Shown here: in pieces, positions 28,402 through 37,420 of the stretch
Position numbering within the stretch: the stretch's first letter is position 1
How the letters are laid out: each line of letters opens with the position of its first letter
Source of the DNA: Clostridiales bacterium PH28_bin88
Lineage (GTDB): Bacteria > Bacillota > PH28-bin88
Assembly: GCA_000987045.1 (NCBI GenBank)
Contig: LAKY01000049.1
Span: forward strand, 37,735 to 101,734
Direction: 5' to 3'
Length of the DNA stretch: 64,000 nt
The notes under the pieces: model-generated
Told to the model about the DNA's origin: nothing
Seen by the model: the letters and a program-made list of their open reading frames with translations, nothing else
Databases searched by the model: none
Program-made: the position numbers and the translations under genes

Positions 28402-28680
28402 TCAGTCACCTTTTCCTGAACGTGAAGGTGATTGAATGAGCTTCCGTTCTTCGAGAGTTCTTTCTTCCTGCCTGGAACGCAGCAATTCTTTCGTAAGTGA
28501 TGTTCTCCCTCTCAACATTCCCATTGCTTCTTCCACAGGATCCTCCGGAACCAATCGCAACATGATACGATCCCCGCCGTCTATTACCTCCACTACCGAG
28601 CCAGGACCTATACCATACTTCTTGCGTAATGGCGCAGGTATGACAATTTGACCTTTAGGCGACAACTTGACCTTCCCCAT
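28402..28680 (-). CDS. vapB: AbrB/SpoVT-fold antitoxin (VapB)
   Basis: KLSPKGQIVIPAPLRKKYGIGPGSVVEV. It lies immediately upstream of vapC. Confidence 0.8.
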   Translation of the reverse strand: MGKVKLSPKGQIVIPAPLRKKYGIGPGSVVEVIDGGDRIMLRLVPEDPVEEAMGMLRGRTSLTKELLRSRQEERTLEERKLIQSPSRSGKGD

Positions 28681-28762
28681 GTTTAACTTCCTCCCCTCAT
28701 GTTAAACTTTTGTGCTATCAGTTTAACACAAAGAACTTTGTTGAGCAATAACAACTCTGAAG

Positions 28763-29797
28763 TTATACAATCTTCCGGGTGGCGGCGACGACGCCGCTGG
28801 ACTGGAGGACGTGGAGCATGGAGAGGGCCTTGCCGGTGCCCAGGGCGACGCAGGAGATGGCGTCGTCGGCCACGTGGACCGGGAGGCCGGTGCGCTTGCT
28901 GAGGAGGGTGTCCAGGCCGTTCAACAGGGACCCCCCGCCGGTCAGGACGATGCCCTTGTTGATGATGTCCGAGGCCAGTTCGGGCGGGGTGCGCTCCAGC
29001 ACCTCTTTCACCCCGGCGATCACCGCTTCCACCGGCTCCTGCATGGCTTCCCAGGCCTGCTGGGAGGTGACGGTGACCGTCTTGGGCAGCCCGCTGACCA
29101 GGTCGCGGCCGCGGATCTCCATGGAGGTTTCCCCCACCTTGCCCTCCGGGAAGGCGGTGCCCACGGTGATCTTCAGTTCTTCGGCGGTGCGTTCGCCCAC
29201 CATCAGGTTGTACTCCCGGCGGATGTAGCGGACGACGGCCTCGTCAAACTTGTCCCCGCCCACCCGCAGGGACTTGGAAACAACAATGCCCCCCAGGGAC
29301 AGCACCGCGATGTCGGCGGTGCCGCCGCCGATGTCCACCACGATGGAGCCGCTGGCCTCGGAGATGTCCAGCCCGGCGCCCAGGGCCGCCGCCAATGGTT
29401 CCTCGATGAGGTAGGCCTGTTTGGCCCCCGCCTGCATGGTGGCCTGGCGCACCGCCCGCTCCTCCACGCTGGTGACGCCCGCCGGGATGCAGACCATCAC
29501 CCGGGGCCGGAAGAACATCCGCCGGCCGCAGGCCTTTTCGATAAAATACCGGAGCATGCGTTCAGTGGTGTCGTAGTCGGCGATAACCCCCTCCCGCAGG
29601 GGCCGGATGGCCACGATGTTACCCGGGGTGCGCCCCAGCATGCGGCGGGCGTCCTCCCCTACCGCGATGATCTGTCCCGTGGTTTTGTCGATAGCCACCA
29701 CGGAGGGCTCATTCAGAACAATCCCCTTCCCCTTGACGTACACCAGCACGCTGGCCGTCCCCAGGTCCACCCCGATGTCCATGTTCCACCCGAACAT
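28763..29797 (-). CDS. mbl: Rod-shape-determining actin homologue MreB/Mbl
   Basis: DIGVDLGTASVLVY, DIGGGTADIAVLSLGG. Its position next to spoIIID matches mbl in Bacillus. Confidence 0.9.
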   Translation of the reverse strand: MFGWNMDIGVDLGTASVLVYVKGKGIVLNEPSVVAIDKTTGQIIAVGEDARRMLGRTPGNIVAIRPLREGVIADYDTTERMLRYFIEKACGRRMFFRPRVMVCIPAGVTSVEERAVRQATMQAGAKQAYLIEEPLAAALGAGLDISEASGSIVVDIGGGTADIAVLSLGGIVVSKSLRVGGDKFDEAVVRYIRREYNLMVGERTAEELKITVGTAFPEGKVGETSMEIRGRDLVSGLPKTVTVTSQQAWEAMQEPVEAVIAGVKEVLERTPPELASDIINKGIVLTGGGSLLNGLDTLLSKRTGLPVHVADDAISCVALGTGKALSMLHVLQSSGVVAATRKIV

Positions 29798-29840
29798 GCG
29801 CCCGACTCCCTTCTCGCATTAGTGACTAGCTGTTAAGTAC

Positions 29841-29880
29841 GCCATGCTACGCTTCGGGGACGCTCGAACCGTCCCCATGG
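29841..29880 (+). repeat. Solo right-arm hairpin of the GGGGAC family
   Basis: gctacgcttcGGGGACgctcgaaccGTCCCCatgg, 44 nt upstream of the mbl start. Confidence 0.85.
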
Positions 29881-30040
29881 CTCCCGTTGGAAATTTGAAA
29901 TGAGAAGATGAAGAAAATGAGAAAAGTCCCGAGAAAGCGTTCCGATTGCAGGCTGTGGGTGCTTGTCTACCGTAAGCCTCTCCTGAACGCTCTAGGACTT
30001 TTCTATTTCGGCAGAAGGGAGGGAAATTCCTCCAAAATTT

Positions 30041-30298
30041 TTAGGAAACTGAGGTTTCTTTGTATTTTTTTCGCGTGGCTTCGCCGCCCCGGATGTGCCG
30101 CTCCGCCTTGTTCACGTCCAGGATGTTGCGGACCTTTTCCGCCAGTTCCTCGTTCATTTCCGGCAGCCGCTCGGTAACATCCTTGTGCACGGTGCTCTTG
30201 CTGACCCCAAAGACAAGGGCAGTCTGGCGCACCGTGGCGTTAGAATCGAGTATGTAGGCGCTGATTTCCATAACCCGCTTGCGAATATACTCCTGCAT
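30041..30298 (-). CDS. spoIIID: Stage III sporulation transcriptional regulator SpoIIID
   Basis: FGVSKSTVHKDVTERLPEMNEELAEKVRNILD...RHIRGGEATRKKY is near-identical in pattern to B. subtilis SpoIIID. Confidence 0.95.
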   Translation of the reverse strand: MQEYIRKRVMEISAYILDSNATVRQTALVFGVSKSTVHKDVTERLPEMNEELAEKVRNILDVNKAERHIRGGEATRKKYKETSVS

Positions 30299-30369
30299 AG
30301 GGCGGCCTCCCCCTCTGCTGTACGTTTTTGCTTAATGTATATGAGGGGGGCGGGGAAAAAAGACCTAGG

Positions 30370-31260
30370 TTATGGGAGCAGGTACCTGGCGGGGTCGAGG
30401 GGTTTACCGTCCTGGCGCAGCTCGAAGTGCAGGTGGGTGCCGTCGCGCTGTTCTTCCAGGCCGGGTTCGCCGACAAGGGCCATGGTTTCACCTGCCGGCA
30501 CCCGCTGGCCTTTACGGACCTGGACCTGGTCGACGTGGGCATAGCGGGTCTGCCAGCCGTCGCCGTGGTCAAGGGTGATCCGGTAGCGGAACAGGTCGCT
30601 GTACTCCACCGCCTCCACACGGCCGTCCAGCACCGCGTTTACAGGCGTTCCCTTGGGGGCGCCCAGGTCGATCCCCGCGTGCAGCCGGTAGTCCCCGTAC
30701 AGGTCAGAGAACTGGAAGCCGAAGCTCCGCAACAGGTCGCCTTCCACCGGGGCCAGCATGGCGCCGGGTTCGACCACCGGTCCGGTGGGTAGGGCCTCGG
30801 GGGCAGCAGGCTGGGCCGGGGCTGTTTCCGCCACAGGCGCCTGGTTAACCTCCACCGGTTTGTTCACGGAAGGGGCGCTGGGGGACCCTGAAGGTTTGGG
30901 ACCCACCGGCTGGGGCATTTCAGCCAGAGGCCTGGAAAAATCGTTTTGGGGTTGAGTCTCCACCGTGACGGTGGGGGTTACAGGCCTGCCGCGAAAGATG
31001 GCGTTATTGGTGATGAGCCATACATCCGCCGCCACCAGTACCAGGACCATCGCCACCCAGTACCACCGGCGGCGCAGTAAGGACGCGCCCCGCCGGAGAA
31101 AACTCCAGGCGGACTTAACCCCCGCCGCGACCACAGCCGGGCGAAAAGGGGTCTTGAAGGGTCTTGCCAGGGAATTAATCAGGGCTGAAGGTTTTAACAC
31201 TTTGCCAATCACCTCAGCCCTAGTATATCCCATATTTTTCCTGACTAAACCCGGCGTCAT
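30370..31260 (-). CDS. M23/LytM peptidase with N-terminal TM anchor (SpoIIQ-like by position)
   Basis: YRLHAGIDLGAPKGTPV and GTHLHFELR zinc-site motifs. It lies between spoIID and spoIIID, as spoIIQ does in clostridia. Confidence 0.65.
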   Translation of the reverse strand: MTPGLVRKNMGYTRAEVIGKVLKPSALINSLARPFKTPFRPAVVAAGVKSAWSFLRRGASLLRRRWYWVAMVLVLVAADVWLITNNAIFRGRPVTPTVTVETQPQNDFSRPLAEMPQPVGPKPSGSPSAPSVNKPVEVNQAPVAETAPAQPAAPEALPTGPVVEPGAMLAPVEGDLLRSFGFQFSDLYGDYRLHAGIDLGAPKGTPVNAVLDGRVEAVEYSDLFRYRITLDHGDGWQTRYAHVDQVQVRKGQRVPAGETMALVGEPGLEEQRDGTHLHFELRQDGKPLDPARYLLP

Positions 31261-32237
31261 TTGCCGTACTGGGTGATTTGAGTGCCTGTGTAGTAGTGGG
31301 CCAGGATCTGGCGGAAGTCCTTGCCCTCTTTGGCCATGCCGTTCGCCCCGTACTGGCTCATGCCTACCCCGTGGCCGTTGCCCACGGTGGTGAAAACCAG
31401 GCGGCCGTCCTTCACTTCCCAGGTAAGATTGGTGGAGTTTAAACCCAGGAGGCGGCGCAGGTCGTTACCGGTAAAGGGTTTACCGGTGATCCTTACCTCC
31501 TTGATCCTGCCGGTGGCGCTGTAGGATGTAACCTGGAGGGCGGGCGCCTTGGGGCCGGTGAGCTTGGCCACCGGCTGGGCGGCCAGGGAGGTCCCCAGCT
31601 TCCGGTCGACCTCTTCCAGGGTATAGGAGGTCACGTTCTGCAGCCTGGGTGCTTCCTTGTCCCACGGGGAATCTACGCTGCGCAGGTAGGGAATCTTATA
31701 CTTCCACACGTCCTCGGAGTTTTCGGTACGCCCGCCGGCGTTGGAATGGTATACCGGGTCGATGAGCTGGCCCTGGTAGCTGATCACCATGTTCCTGGTG
31801 GCAAATACCGCCATGTCCATCTTTTCCTTGTATCCGATATAGCGCCAGAGGCCCCAGCGCTTTTGCATCTCATCCGTCGAGACCCACCCCTGGCAGTGGG
31901 CGGGGTTGGTACAGACGTCGGCTTCCGGGTGATGCGGGTTGGGCGTCCCCAGCATCACCTTTTTCAGCACATAGGTGCGGGAGGCCACCGCCTGGGCCTT
32001 TAAGGCCTCCAGTTCAAATTCGGCAGGCATTTCCGCCGCCACAACTCCCACCAGGTACTGCTCCAGCGGCACTTCCCTGATCTGGCCGGTTTCGTGGAAC
32101 AGCACCTTGATGCTGGGACCCCCCAACTCTACCCGGACGCCGGTACCGGGCAGGCGGAGCAGGTGCACCACGGCGGCGGGAATGATGATGACCACCATGA
32201 AGACCAGAACGATAATCAGGGCCATGTAGCGTTTCAC
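31257..32237 (-). CDS. spoIID: Stage II sporulation lytic transglycosylase SpoIID
   Basis: ALKAQAVASRTYVL, VCTNPAHCQGW, HSNAGGRTENSEDVW, GHGVGMSQYGANGMA. Confidence 0.9.
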   Translation of the reverse strand: MKRYMALIIVLVFMVVIIIPAAVVHLLRLPGTGVRVELGGPSIKVLFHETGQIREVPLEQYLVGVVAAEMPAEFELEALKAQAVASRTYVLKKVMLGTPNPHHPEADVCTNPAHCQGWVSTDEMQKRWGLWRYIGYKEKMDMAVFATRNMVISYQGQLIDPVYHSNAGGRTENSEDVWKYKIPYLRSVDSPWDKEAPRLQNVTSYTLEEVDRKLGTSLAAQPVAKLTGPKAPALQVTSYSATGRIKEVRITGKPFTGNDLRRLLGLNSTNLTWEVKDGRLVFTTVGNGHGVGMSQYGANGMAKEGKDFRQILAHYYTGTQITQYGK

Positions 32238-32539
32238 GCCAGGGACCTCCTATTTGTACAGGCCTTTTGGGACATGTTTATGCGCCGGAGAGAGCAGTTA
32301 TGCTCTATTTCCAATTTTTAGGGGTGATAAAAAGTTCAGCAGGCAGGGATTGGTTTCCTGCCTGCTGCTTAAGTTTATTAACCAAACATCTGTTCCCGTT
32401 TTTTATTGTAGCCCGTAGCATATTATGGTAAGATGTAGGCAAGGCTTGCAGGTGCCCCGCAGTATAATGACAGCAACAAATAGCTCCTCCTCTCATCCCG
32501 TGGGTTGGCTGAGGGACAGGTAACGAGAGGAGGAAGCCT

Positions 32540-32638
32540 ATGGTAGAAGTGACGATTACAGTCAAAGTCGTTGCGTTGGCGATCGTAGTAGTACCTATGA
32601 TCACCGTCATCGCAGTAATGCGTCGTTACAAAAGATAA
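32540..32638 (+). CDS. 32-aa hydrophobic peptide with basic tail (candidate type-I toxin, locus L1)
   Basis: GAGAGGAGG-N6-ATG; MVEVTITVKVVALAIVVVPMITVIAVMRRYKR. An upstream CTCCTCCTCTC (32484-32494) can pair with the SD. Confidence 0.5.
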   Translation: MVEVTITVKVVALAIVVVPMITVIAVMRRYKR

Positions 32639-32728
32639 CGGGTATCGCGACATACCCGTCTAAGTAAAAAAAACACTCAAATAAACCTGCACCTCAGCCA
32701 ACCCTTTTCAGGGCCGGCATCCGGCTCT
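32628..32728 (-). ncRNA. Candidate cis-antisense small RNA (antitoxin-like) of L1
   Basis: Minus-strand promoter TTGACG-17-TAAAAT (32758-32763 / 32735-32740). Hairpin ACGGGTAT-N6-ATACCCGT (32638-32659) followed by TATCTTTTGT. It overlaps the 3-prime end and UTR of the peptide mRNA. Confidence 0.4.
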
Positions 32729-32741
32729 GTTTTTATTTTAC
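32711..32741 (+). terminator. Terminator of the L1 peptide mRNA
   Basis: GGCCGG-cat-CCGGC stem followed by TGTTTTTATTTT. Confidence 0.55.
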
Positions 32742-32983
32742 CCTTATTATTCCTCTTCGTCAATATTCCAAAACTCCGGCTGGACGCATATACACTCACA
32801 ATCTATGCGTGTCTTATAACGTGCCGAACTTTTGTTCGCTTTCATCTTGTCCACGATTGCGTACTATAGTAAAATAAAGGCAGGGCCTGCAGGTGCCCCG
32901 CAGCATAGCTACATCAAAAGAAAAACCCTCCTCTCTATCATGGGTTGGCTGAGTGAACAGCAGGTAACGAGAGGAGGGGGCGG

Positions 32984-33078
32984 ATGATCGAAGTAACCAT
33001 CACCGTTAAACTGGTTGCGCTGTAGTCATAGTACCTATGATTGCCGTTGTCAGAACCGTTAATCGCAAAAAGAAGTAG
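32984..33078 (+). pseudogene. Disrupted paralogue of the L1 peptide (locus L2)
   Basis: MIEVTITVKLVAL, then TAG. The -1 frame continues VVIVPMIAVVRTVNRKKK, consistent with a 1-nt deletion relative to L1. Confidence 0.5.
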
Positions 33079-33174
33079 CGGGTATGTTGCCGTATGCATA
33101 CCCGCCAAACCCAAGATAATACCCTAAAATAAACCTGCACCTCAGCCAACCCCTTATGGATCAGCTTTAGTGTC
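33066..33174 (-). ncRNA. Candidate cis-antisense small RNA of L2
   Basis: Promoter TTGACG-17-TACAAT (33204-33209 / 33181-33186). Hairpin GCGGGTATG...CATACCCGC (33078-33104) followed by TACTTCTTTTTG. The stem changes relative to L1 are compensatory. Confidence 0.4.
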
Positions 33175-33228
33175 ATTATTATTGTAACCATATTATTCCC
33201 ATTCGTCAACCAGATCAACAAATATGGC

Positions 33229-34512
33229 TCAGTCGCACAGGCGGCATTCTTCGCCGTCCCGCTCCTCGCGGGTGATGTCGGCGCCGACGGCCTGCAGCTT
33301 TTGCACCATGTTCTCGTAGCCCCGGTCGATGTGCTGCACCGCGGCGATCTCGGTCTCCCCGTCGGCCATCAGTCCGGCCACCACCAGGGCCGCCCCGGCC
33401 CGCAAATCGGTGGCCTTTACCTTCGCCCCGGTGAGCCGCGGCACCCCTTTCACCACCGCGCTGTGGCCCTCGATGATGATGCTGGCCCCCATGCGTTTCA
33501 GTTCGTTGACGTGCATAAACCGGTTTTCAAACACCGTTTCGGTGACCACGCTGGTTCCCTGGGCACCGGTCATCAGGGCCATTGTCTGGGCCTGCATGTC
33601 GGTGGGGAAACCGGGGTAGGGGAGGGTCTTGATGTCTACCGCGCACAGCGGCCGGGAACTCCTCACCCGGATGCCGGAACCCTCTTCCTTTACCTGCACT
33701 CCCGCCTCGGCCAGCTTGGCCACCACCGGCTTCAGGTGGTCGGTGATGACGTTGTCCACCAGCACGTCCCCGCCGGTGGCGGCAGCCATCACCATGTAGG
33801 TACCCGCCTCAATGCGGTCGGGGATCACGCCGTGGGTAACCCCCCGCATGTGTTTAACACCTTCGATTTTGATGATCTTGGTACCGGCGCCCATCACCCG
33901 CGCGCCCATGCTGCATAAAAAGTTGGCCAGGTCGACGATTTCCGGTTCCTCGGCGGCGTTTTCAATCACCGTGACACCTTTAGCCAGGGCGGCGGCCATC
34001 ATGATATTCTCGGTGGCACCCACACTGGGGAAGTCCAGGTAAACCCGGGCCCCGACCAGTTCAGGCGCCGTGGCTTCGATGCTGCCGTGGCCGATGCTGA
34101 TGCTTGCCCCCAGGGCGGCAAACCCTTTTAGATGGAGGTCGATCGGCCGGGTGCCAATAGCACAGCCTCCGGGCAGGGACATGCGCGCCCTTCCCACCCG
34201 GGCCAGCAGCGGTCCCATGACAAGGAAGGAAGCCCGCATGCGGCGCACGTACTCGTAGGGGGCTTCCACGCTGGTGATCTCGCTGCAGTCTATCTCCATC
34301 TCCTGGGGGCCTTCGGGCACAATGCGGCCCCCCAGGAAGCCGAGCACTTCCGACATGGTTGTCACGTCCGCCAGGCGAGGAATGTCCATCAGCCGGCAGG
34401 GACCTTCGGCCAGGAGGGAGGCGGCCATAATGGGCAGCACGGCGTTCTTGGCGCCGCTGACCGTGATGGTACCCTTTAAGGGGTTGCCGCCGTTAATGAT
34501 GATTTTTTCCAA
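33229..34512 (-). CDS. murA: UDP-N-acetylglucosamine 1-carboxyvinyltransferase
   Basis: [61 protein letters not shown] start with a GGGAGG RBS. Confidence 0.95.
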   Translation of the reverse strand: MEKIIINGGNPLKGTITVSGAKNAVLPIMAASLLAEGPCRLMDIPRLADVTTMSEVLGFLGGRIVPEGPQEMEIDCSEITSVEAPYEYVRRMRASFLVMGPLLARVGRARMSLPGGCAIGTRPIDLHLKGFAALGASISIGHGSIEATAPELVGARVYLDFPSVGATENIMMAAALAKGVTVIENAAEEPEIVDLANFLCSMGARVMGAGTKIIKIEGVKHMRGVTHGVIPDRIEAGTYMVMAAATGGDVLVDNVITDHLKPVVAKLAEAGVQVKEEGSGIRVRSSRPLCAVDIKTLPYPGFPTDMQAQTMALMTGAQGTSVVTETVFENRFMHVNELKRMGASIIIEGHSAVVKGVPRLTGAKVKATDLRAGAALVVAGLMADGETEIAAVQHIDRGYENMVQKLQAVGADITREERDGEECRLCD

Positions 34513-34530
34513 GCTGATTGCCTCCCGATT

Positions 34531-34550
34531 CAGTGACTGGTGACCAGTGG
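34531..34550. repeat. Heptamer-type repeats just upstream of the murA RBS
   Basis: cagtgactggtgaccagtgg. Confidence 0.7.
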
Positions 34551-34640
34551 GACAGGAACATAGACGAAACCGTTATTTATGTTCAACAAAAGGTTGCTTG
34601 TTCCTGCCATACTTGTCCCCATATTCTCAAATTTAGCCTG

Positions 34641-35378
34641 TTAATATTCTCCACCCAAAAGCGGCGACCCCACCTGCAGGTAGGTGCGATTGTCAGTGGC
34701 ATGGTACCGGAGGGCGACCTGGATGTTGATCAGCCGCCCCGCCACCTGCAGGGGACCGGAAACGGCGGGTGTGTAGCCGCTGGTACTCACCATTTCTCCT
34801 TCCGCAATGCCCTCCACCCGCTTGGTCCCGACCGCGCCAAAGGCCTGGTCCACCCGCTCCTCCATCTCTTGCCGGGACAGGCGGCCGGGGAAGCTACCGG
34901 TAATCGCTACCGCCAGGTGAGGGCTGACACCCTCCTCCCGGAAGGCCTGTTCAACCTTATCCCGCCATATGGAAAGGGCATCAGGCGCACCCCGGTTAGT
35001 TATGTTAACCACCAGGTAGGTCTGGTCCAGGGACGCAAGCGATACCAGCAGGTGGGTGTTTGCATCCAGGTCACCTGCCAGGGAATATCCCCGGGAGTTA
35101 TGGCCCGTGTTGCCGGCGGAGGTAAATTCCCCCGAAGCCCCCAGGAGGGAAGCCACACGGGTTACCAGCTCCTTCCCCCTGCTTTCCGGCACAGGCTGCG
35201 GGTCTACCGCCGCCCACCCGGTGACCCTGGATTCAACGAATTCGGCCCCGGTGGCGTTAAAGGCCCGGTAGACCGGTGCTGCCTGGGTGCCGTTGGTGCT
35301 GAACCGGCTGGCCTGGGGGTTGATCAAGATTAAAGCGCCAATCACCGGTAAAATGACGGCAAGACGTCTTTTGGGCAA
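34641..35378 (-). CDS. YwmB-like (DUF1779) secreted protein
   Basis: About 245 aa with a signal peptide, directly next to murA as ywmB is in Bacillus. TTG start after GGAGGGAGG. This is a call from position and size, with no strong motif. Confidence 0.5.
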   Translation of the reverse strand: MPKRRLAVILPVIGALILINPQASRFSTNGTQAAPVYRAFNATGAEFVESRVTGWAAVDPQPVPESRGKELVTRVASLLGASGEFTSAGNTGHNSRGYSLAGDLDANTHLLVSLASLDQTYLVVNITNRGAPDALSIWRDKVEQAFREEGVSPHLAVAITGSFPGRLSRQEMEERVDQAFGAVGTKRVEGIAEGEMVSTSGYTPAVSGPLQVAGRLINIQVALRYHATDNRTYLQVGSPLLGGEY

Positions 35379-35530
35379 CCCTGTCCCTCCCTCCGGGAGA
35401 CATTACTACCTCTAGTCTTGCCACAAGTTACCTGGTTATTCCCCCCGTTCCTGTTCATGTTGAAAAACAAACCCCGTTTAAGTCGTTATGTAAATAATTC
35501 GTAACGACCACCGAAAGGCTGTCCGTAAGC

Positions 35531-35562
35531 ACAAAAATCGCCGCTCTTTTTCCAGGCGGCGA
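35531..35562 (-). terminator. Rho-independent terminator after vapC
   Basis: The minus strand reads TCGCCGCC-tggaaaaaga-GCGGCGA followed by TTTTTGT. Confidence 0.65.
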
Positions 35563-35587
35563 CTCCGGATAGCTACCGGCAAAGGGA

Positions 35588-35983
35588 CTACTTTAAAGGG
35601 TTTACCACAAGCAAATTGGGAATGTATTTGAAGTGTTTTTCATTTCGCGTAAGCAGGACCGCATCTGATCGAATGGCTGTGGCCGCAATGAGGGCATCCA
35701 CAGGCTCCAGGCCGTGAGACTTCTGGTACATGGCAATAAGCTTTCCGGCTGTTTGGGCGATAAATAAGTCTACCGGTACTATCACGTGAAATATTTCTAA
35801 CAGACGAGAAATCTTTTCTATGTTTTCAGGGCCAAGCTTTGGGGCGGCATATAGCTCCATCACCGTTAACACACTTATTGCGCCCTCCATGTTACCATCC
35901 TCTATACCGGCAAGGTAACGGGATGCCTCTGGAATTCCTCTTAAGTGATCAATAAGAATGTTTGTGTCAACTAAAATCTTCAA
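35588..35983 (-). CDS. vapC: VapC-type PIN-domain toxin
   Basis: MKILVDTNILIDHLRG..., PVDALIAATA, LLTRNEKHF. Confidence 0.85.
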   Translation of the reverse strand: MKILVDTNILIDHLRGIPEASRYLAGIEDGNMEGAISVLTVMELYAAPKLGPENIEKISRLLEIFHVIVPVDLFIAQTAGKLIAMYQKSHGLEPVDALIAATAIRSDAVLLTRNEKHFKYIPNLLVVNPLK

Positions 35984-36257
35984 GTTCCTCTAACCTCCTT
36001 CCGGAGGCTTTCCGCAACTCGTCCACATAATCAGGATCAATGTCGTCGTTTTTCCAAAGCCCCGCGGTTTCCGCAACAATGCTACCGCCCTTTTTGTTGG
36101 ACCTGAGGGATTTCGGCCGCAAGCCGATAACCAGTTTTTGGTCATCAACGAATTCAACGTAAAGTTCGTCTCCCTGCTTGATATTAAGTTTTTCTCTGAT
36201 ACTTTTAGGCAGGGTTACCTGCCCCTTACTGGTAACTTTAATCCCCACTCTGGTCAT
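35967..36257 (-). CDS. vapB: AbrB/SpoVT-fold antitoxin (VapB)
   Basis: KVTSKGQVTLPKSIREKLNIKQGDELYV. It overlaps the vapC start. Confidence 0.8.
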   Translation of the reverse strand: MTRVGIKVTSKGQVTLPKSIREKLNIKQGDELYVEFVDDQKLVIGLRPKSLRSNKKGGSIVAETAGLWKNDDIDPDYVDELRKASGRRLEELEDFS

Positions 36258-36384
36258 TCTTACCTCTCCTTACTTGGTATGCTTTCTCTTACTTCTGATA
36301 ATACCTCACGGATTGATTCTAATCAAGTATTAAAACCTATAGATTATAATAGATTCCGCAGGCCGGTAGTTGTCCGTTAAGAGG

Positions 36385-36417
36385 CAAAAAAACCGCCGCT
36401 CCTTTGGGGAAGCGGCA
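36385..36417 (-). terminator. Probable terminator of the opp operon
   Basis: The minus strand reads GCCGCTTCC-ccaaa-GGAGCGGC followed by GGTTTTTTT. Confidence 0.6.
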
Positions 36418-36453
36418 ACAAAGAGGTACGATTAAGAAAGTTACAGAGGTTTG

Positions 36454-37419
36454 CTACATCAAATGGCAGGCCACCCAGTGGTTCTCCGTCTTCTGTACCA
36501 GCCGGGGTTCTTCTACCTCGCACCTGCCATAGGCATAGCGGCACCGGGTACGGAAACGGCAGCCGCTGGGAGGGTCGACGGGGCTGGGGACATCCCCTTC
36601 CAGCACGACCCGTTCAAGCTTAATGTCTACACTGGGAATTGGTATGGCCGACAGGAGCGCCTGGGTATAAGGGTGGCATGGGTTTTGAAAAAGTTCTTTT
36701 TTGCCGGCAAGCTCCACCAGTTTCCCCAGGTACATGACAGCGACCCGGTCGCTGATATACTTGACCACGCTCAGGTCGTGGGAGATGAAGATATAGGTCA
36801 GCCCGAACTCCCGTTGGAGTTTCTTTAACAGGTTGATCACCTGGGACTGGATGGACACGTCCAGGGCTGATACCGGTTCGTCACACACGATCAGCCTGGG
36901 ATGCAGGGCCAGCGCCCTGGCGATGCCGATGCGCTGCCGCTGGCCCCCGCTGAATTCATGGGGGTATTTCTTGGCGTGCCCGGGCGTCAGGCCAACCACT
37001 TCCAGCAGGTAGTTGACCCGTTCCTCTCTCGCTTTGCGGTCCTTCACGCCGTTAACCAGCATGGGTTCCCCGATAATGGAGCCCACGGTCATCCGGCTGT
37101 TAAGGGAGGCATAGGGGTCCTGAAAGATTATCTGCATGCTGCGGCGCAACTGCCGCAGCTCATTCTTGTCCAGCTCAAAAATGTTCCTGCCTTCAAAGAA
37201 GGCCTGCCCGCCGGTGGGTTCCAAAAGCCGCAAGATCACCCTGCCCAGGGTGCTCTTGCCGCACCCGCTCTCGCCCACGATGCCGAAGGTTTCCCCGGGG
37301 TTGACGTGGAAGCTGACCCCGTCTACCGCCTTGACAAAGCGCTGCTGCCGGGCCAGGAGACCCGCCTCTACCGGAAACCACTTCTTCAAGTCCTTGACTT
37401 GCAGTAACCCTTGCTGCAT
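36454..37419 (-). CDS. oppF: Oligopeptide/dipeptide ABC transporter ATP-binding protein
   Basis: Walker [10 protein letters not shown], signature [15 protein letters not shown], and C-terminal oligopeptide-type CxxxC motifs. Confidence 0.85.
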   Translation of the reverse strand: MQQGLLQVKDLKKWFPVEAGLLARQQRFVKAVDGVSFHVNPGETFGIVGESGCGKSTLGRVILRLLEPTGGQAFFEGRNIFELDKNELRQLRRSMQIIFQDPYASLNSRMTVGSIIGEPMLVNGVKDRKAREERVNYLLEVVGLTPGHAKKYPHEFSGGQRQRIGIARALALHPRLIVCDEPVSALDVSIQSQVINLLKKLQREFGLTYIFISHDLSVVKYISDRVAVMYLGKLVELAGKKELFQNPCHPYTQALLSAIPIPSVDIKLERVVLEGDVPSPVDPPSGCRFRTRCRYAYGRCEVEEPRLVQKTENHWVACHLM

Positions 37420-37420
37420 C

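Noticed and set aside
28811-29836. 341-aa ORF on the plus strand opposite mbl
   Set aside because: It lies antisense to a gene with unmistakable MreB motifs. The translation is Gly/Arg/His/Pro-rich low-complexity sequence, typical of the reverse frame of GC-rich genes.
32463-32468. TATAAT hexamer as the L1 peptide promoter -10
   Set aside because: No acceptable -35 lies at 16-18 nt, and the hexamer is not conserved in L2 (CATAGC). The aligned upstream promoter (TAAGAT in L1, TAAAAT in L2) is conserved in both copies.
32305-32653. Two minus-strand ORFs (101 and 76 aa) in the spoIID-murA spacer
   Set aside because: They have no RBS and odd Thr/Ile/Cys/His-rich composition. The plus-strand small ORF with SD, promoter and terminator explains the region better.
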